A stretch of DNA of 2,719 bases, taken from NCBI GenBank assembly GCA_000004985.1, contig GG739249.1. One strand, written 5' to 3'. Position 1 is the stretch's first letter. Every line of letters begins with the position of its first letter. A program made the translations under genes and the position numbers. The DNA comes from Naegleria gruberi (lineage: Eukaryota). Under the pieces are notes generated by a model. That model saw only the letters and a list, made by a program, of their open reading frames with translations. It ran no database searches and was not told where the DNA came from. Below are positions 1 to 2,719 of this stretch, in pieces.

Positions 1-92
1 CCTCCAAAATATTGTGCTGCATTAAGAATGACTTGTCTATCTCTCTGAAGTGTCTTATCTGCATAGGCAAAACCTTGGTGTTTGCTAGCCAT
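1..92 (-). CDS. 5'-partial ORF (ATG at 92..90, continues past window start), product begins MASKHQGFAYADKTLQRDRQVILNAAQYFGG. It is a DUF4116-like repeat unit and most likely the continuation of the 103..1914 gene after a 1-nt frame disruption. An in-frame ATG at 116..114 is also available and would overlap the upstream stop.
   Basis: The reverse-complement of 1..92 is an open frame with no stops. It matches the 'L+xD+xVVLxAVxQxG' repeat signature seen throughout the upstream ORF. Only 10 nt separate it from the TAA at 103..105, which leaves no room for a terminator or promoter. Confidence 0.5.
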   Translation of the reverse strand, partial: MASKHQGFAYADKTLQRDRQVILNAAQYFG

Positions 93-102
93 TACAACTT
101 CC

Positions 103-1914
103 TTATTCTTTTTCATTTCTGGGAGAGAGAAGCTTCAGAACACCTCCATGCTTGGTGACGGTTGCCATTACCACATCTATATCGTTCTTTAAGGATGGAT
201 CAATGAATGGGAAGGACATGGGTGATATTTTGAGGTGGCCAATAATTAGCTCTTTATCTTTCTTTTCTTCATCAGAAAGTCTCTCAATTCTATCTGTCAA
301 ATAATTCGTAGTTTTGACCTCTTTTGAGTTGTTTTTTGTCAGTTGCATACGATCCTCTTCATCTAACTTATGAGAAAGAATTTCAAATAAATTGGAGTTC
401 CTCTTGATGGCCCTTATTAAATATTCCTTATTATTACAATATTTTTCCAAATATTTTCCAAAATAATATGAAGAATCTACCACTCCACATTCGTATAGCT
501 CATCATCAAATGTGGTAATGAAAACCCAATTATAGGAATATTTTTTAAGTAGTGCTAATAAAAATTCTCTGTTTTCGAATAATGACTTGTCAAAATAGTT
601 GATTTCAATATAAAGAGAAGTTTCTCTTAGTATCCTAGACATGAGTGGTACGTCAGATTTCAAACTCGGATCAAAGTAATATAACAAGGATGGTTGCTTA
701 AGAATCATTTCTTTCTGCAATTCCAAGTAATCAGAATAGGATTCTTTGAAATCTGCATCAATTTTCATTTTTTGTGCTAGTTTCAATAGAAAGTTCACAT
801 CACTAACTAATTCCTTAGATTTTGAATAGTATTCAAAGAAAGAGCGGAATAAATTTATATTCCCTGCCAATATTCGAATCCAATTATCAACACTTAAACT
901 ATTAGATAAATAATTTGGAAATTCATATCCTCTTTCATATCTGCTTAACATAAACTCCTCATAATCCGAATATTTCTTAATTATTTCAGAAATTTTAGGC
1001 GAAATATGTCCCCAAGATATCATTTTACTCACAAGATTATCCATAAACTCTTTCCTTATCAATAGAGTTGGGCTAGCAAGCAAAAGAGCATCTTTCTGTG
1101 TTTCCATTGCCAATTTGACAATTTCCTCATCCGATCTCAATTCATTTGATGCAAATTCCAATGCCAACCCATTTTGTTTCACAGAAACAATTACAACATT
1201 TCTATTCGAATTGAATTCAGGAAAGTGGACCAATAACAATCCATTACTTAATACTACTCTAAGTACCAATTGTTCCTCAACTATTCCTACTGGAATAAAT
1301 TTACAAGATTCAATATTTTGTTTGAGAGCAATTCCAATCATATTTCTATCATTTTTGACAGATTCTCCACAATATTTCAATTGCATTCCATCTCTTTTCA
1401 ATACAGATTCAACAACAGAACGATCATTTCTAATTCTGTCATTTGCCAATTCCAAAACTCTGGGACAAGTTTCCAATCCCTTCAAAATCAATTCCTCATC
1501 GTCTCTCAATTCTTCTCTTGGAATTGTACATGCAAATAGAATACTTCCATCACTTTCCAATCCTGCCTTTATAATTTCTCTATCACATTTAAACTTTTCA
1601 TTTCGAATATGTTTCAAAGCATTTACACCAAACGATCTAACAGCCAACCATATTAATAACCTATCATTTTCATATTTTGATTCCAGTTTAGACAATTCCG
1701 AAGCACTTCTTCTCTTTACTCTAACTGCCATTCTCAGATATTGTACATTTTCATTGGTGAGATGTTGAGATCGGGAGTGAGATATTTTCTTCATCAATTT
1801 TAATAAACTTTTAAATAAATTGTGAATTATTTCATCGTCATCATTGATATCACCCTCTCTCGTTACAAGATAAACATCTGAAAAGTAATTGTCGTCAATA
1901 ACTTGTCGCCACAT
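103..1914 (-). CDS. Tandem-repeat protein, 603 aa from the first ATG. It carries ~9 consecutive ~24-aa repeats (aa ~60-287 of the 609-aa track ORF) plus more degenerate copies to the C-terminus, resembling DUF4116 (PF13475) repeats.
   Basis: Long uninterrupted minus-strand ORF with a TAA stop at 105..103. The track start at 1932 is TTG (not a eukaryotic start); the first ATG is at 1914..1912 with A-rich context (aaaaaaATGt). Internal periodicity: ENDRLLIWLAVRSFGVNALKHI / DREIIKAGLESDGSILFACTIP / DDEELILKGLETCPRVLELA / NDRSVVESVLKRDGMQLKYCG / NDRNMIGIALKQNIESCKFIP / NRNVVIVSVKQNGLALEFAS / SDEEIVKLAMETQKDALLLAS. The assignment to DUF4116 is from memory of that family's consensus, not from a search. 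Confidence 0.75.
   Translation of the reverse strand: MWRQVIDDNYFSDVYLVTREGDINDDDEIIHNLFKSLLKLMKKISHSRSQHLTNENVQYLRMAVRVKRRSASELSKLESKYENDRLLIWLAVRSFGVNALKHIRNEKFKCDREIIKAGLESDGSILFACTIPREELRDDEELILKGLETCPRVLELANDRIRNDRSVVESVLKRDGMQLKYCGESVKNDRNMIGIALKQNIESCKFIPVGIVEEQLVLRVVLSNGLLLVHFPEFNSNRNVVIVSVKQNGLALEFASNELRSDEEIVKLAMETQKDALLLASPTLLIRKEFMDNLVSKMISWGHISPKISEIIKKYSDYEEFMLSRYERGYEFPNYLSNSLSVDNWIRILAGNINLFRSFFEYYSKSKELVSDVNFLLKLAQKMKIDADFKESYSDYLELQKEMILKQPSLLYYFDPSLKSDVPLMSRILRETSLYIEINYFDKSLFENREFLLALLKKYSYNWVFITTFDDELYECGVVDSSYYFGKYLEKYCNNKEYLIRAIKRNSNLFEILSHKLDEEDRMQLTKNNSKEVKTTNYLTDRIERLSDEEKKDKELIIGHLKISPMSFPFIDPSLKNDIDVVMATVTKHGGVLKLLSPRNEKE
1072..1755 (-). repeat. Coding-level tandem array of ~9 DUF4116-like 24-aa units (nt span encoding aa ~60-287). 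Protein-level repeat; DNA-level identity is low.
   Basis: The repeat periodicity is visible directly in the translated sequence (see CDS entry). Each unit has conserved hydrophobic positions (VVL/IVL, AV/AL, G, AL/LL) and acidic/basic positions (ND+E / SDEE). Confidence 0.6.
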
Positions 1915-2106
1915 TTTTTTCTGTTTGTTCAAATGAAGATTTTTGAATAGTGTTTAATGCAAGATTTAAAGTTTAATAATAACATGTAAATATTCAAAGG
2001 AATTTAAATCCCTAAATACAGATGACAACCTTAATATTCCGAAAATTAAGATAATGAATGGCTACGGCCATATCACGATTCATGCACCTCATCCCGTCCG
2101 ATTTGA

Positions 2107-2152
2107 GAAGTTAAGCATCGTCTAGCCACATCAGTACTGAGGTTGGAGACAA
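2107..2152 (+). promoter_or_regulatory. Internal control region of the 5S gene (box A-like GAAGTTAAGC, intermediate element, box C-like TACTGAGGTTGGAGAC).
   Basis: Placed by position relative to the 5S start (+48 to +93), by analogy with the TFIIIA-binding internal control region of characterised 5S genes. The sequence blocks are conserved relative to vertebrate and yeast 5S. Confidence 0.55.
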
Positions 2153-2177
2153 CTTGGGAATCTGTGGTGCTGTAGTC

Positions 2178-2181
2178 TTTT
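2178..2181 (+). terminator. RNA polymerase III terminator (T4 run) at the 3' end of the 5S gene.
   Basis: TTTT immediately follows the helix I 3' strand. A second T5 run at 2212..2216 could act as a backup terminator. Confidence 0.65.
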
Positions 2182-2291
2182 ATTGGATCTCGGTCAACAA
2201 AGATTTATTTATTTTTGCTACATTCAATTTATTATTTAGCTCCATTAAAAAACTTTTAATTGGAAAACAATACATTGGACTACCTTTTGAA

Positions 2292-2719
2292 TTAGAAAGA
2301 ATTAATCAACTTTTTAGCTTCAGAATCAGCAGAAGGACTTTGTCTTTCGTTGGCAACCTTCATAACAAGAGTCAAATTACATTCCAAAGTGACAACCAAA
2401 TCAGCTCCATTAACCTTGTAAGAATAGCCAAGGAAACCAGAAGATTCCTTACTTTCAGCATTGTGAACAACTCTGAAAATCAATTTTTCCAATCCCATGA
2501 AAGCATCCTTACAATCAGGATCCTTGATGAAAACCTTGGCAATTTCACTCATATTACTCAATCTTGGACATTCGGTTAAGAATTTGATGCAATTATTCAA
2601 CAAGGTATCTTCAGCAAATCTATCACCATACTTGTACTTGGTTTCAGTTGGCAATGCAGCAAGAGAAGCCCAATCCAACAAGATGAGCATCTTTGGATTG
2701 ACTTGTTGAAGATTCTTGG
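2292..2719 (-). CDS. 3' portion of a protein-coding gene (5' end beyond the right edge). Its last 142 codons end ...ADLVVTLECNLTLVMKVANERQSPSADSEAKKLINSF, with a TAA stop at 2294..2292. Product not recognised.
   Basis: The open frame continues through the window edge (cc aag aat ctt caa ... with no stop upstream of the track's Met at 2690). Amino-acid composition is balanced. Codon usage is strongly biased (TTG Leu, AGA Arg, GGT Gly, GCT Ala, CCA Pro, TCT Ser, GTT Val, AAG Lys), typical of a well-expressed gene in an AT-rich unicellular eukaryote. AATAAA-like signals lie ~80-90 nt downstream of the stop on the minus strand. Confidence 0.7.
   Translation of the reverse strand, partial: KNLQQVNPKMLILLDWASLAALPTETKYKYGDRFAEDTLLNNCIKFLTECPRLSNMSEIAKVFIKDPDCKDAFMGLEKLIFRVVHNAESKESSGFLGYSYKVNGADLVVTLECNLTLVMKVANERQSPSADSEAKKLINSF

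Larger units (their letters stand above)
2060..2181 (+). rRNA. 5S ribosomal RNA gene (eukaryotic type), about 118 nt plus 3' U residues.
   Basis: GGCTACGGCCATATCAC...CCCGTCCGAT...GAAGTTAAGC...AGTACTGAGGTTGGAGAC...CTTGGGAATCTGTGGTGCTGTAGTC aligns block-for-block with eukaryotic 5S rRNA (e.g. human GTCTACGGCCATACCAC...GGGAATACCGGGTGCTGTAGGC). The 5' GGCTACGGC pairs with the 3' GCTGTAGTC to form helix I (9 bp, 2 G-U). It is immediately followed by TTTT. Confidence 0.93.

Noticed and set aside
35-50. Short CT/GA dinucleotide runs (ctatctctctg at ~38-48; gagagaga at 123-130)
   Set aside because: They are only 4-5 units long. The 121-130 run matters only as a slippage-prone context for the frame disruption described in the findings.
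1115-1768. 217-aa plus-strand ORF (and nested 1270..1539 ORF)
   Set aside because: Lies entirely antisense to the long repeat-protein CDS. The translation is low-complexity (S/N/F/L/T-rich, e.g. NSSSSLNSSLG), typical of the reverse frame of an AT-rich, codon-biased gene. No independent signals.
1915-1932. N-terminal extension MNKQKK from a TTG 'start' at 1932
   Set aside because: The codon at 1932..1930 is TTG (Leu). The ORF track evidently allows bacterial alternative starts. The 5S gene, codon usage and overall context are eukaryotic, so the first ATG (1914..1912) is the credible start.
2154-2579. 141-aa plus-strand ORF
   Set aside because: Its start lies inside the 5S rRNA gene (2154 is within the 5S 3' half) and it runs antisense to the 2292..2719 CDS. 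Hydrophobic, low-complexity translation. An artefact.
2497-2709. 70-aa plus-strand ORF
   Set aside because: Short and fully antisense to the better-supported minus-strand CDS.
1-2719. Prokaryotic interpretation (operon, defence system, CRISPR or mobile element)
   Set aside because: The 5S rRNA is unambiguously eukaryotic in sequence and carries a Pol III T-run terminator. I found no CRISPR-like direct repeats, no terminal inverted repeats or transposase-like ORFs, and no tRNA-like sequences.

Overview
This AT-rich window (roughly one-third GC) looks like ordinary eukaryotic nuclear DNA with no introns visible, and I see no novel system in it. Three things are present. (1) On the minus strand, a long gene whose product is built almost entirely of degenerate ~24-aa tandem repeats resembling Pfam DUF4116 (the YAS-motif repeat family). 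The same repeat continues into a second minus-strand ORF that begins 10 nt past gene 1's stop codon in another frame and runs off the left edge. The two ORFs are very probably one gene split by a 1-nt indel. (2) A canonical eukaryotic 5S rRNA gene on the plus strand (2060-2177/2181), with helix I, internal control boxes and a T4 RNA polymerase III terminator, transcribed divergently from the repeat-protein gene. (3) The 3' end of a minus-strand protein-coding gene (2292-2719, running off the right edge), with strongly biased TTG/AGA/GGT/GCT/CCA/TCT codon usage and a product I cannot identify. No prokaryotic features (CRISPR, mobile elements, operons) and no tRNA are present. The plus-strand ORFs in the supplied track are antisense or low-complexity artefacts. 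The 'TTG start' at 1932 reflects a bacterial start-codon set; the first ATG is at 1914.
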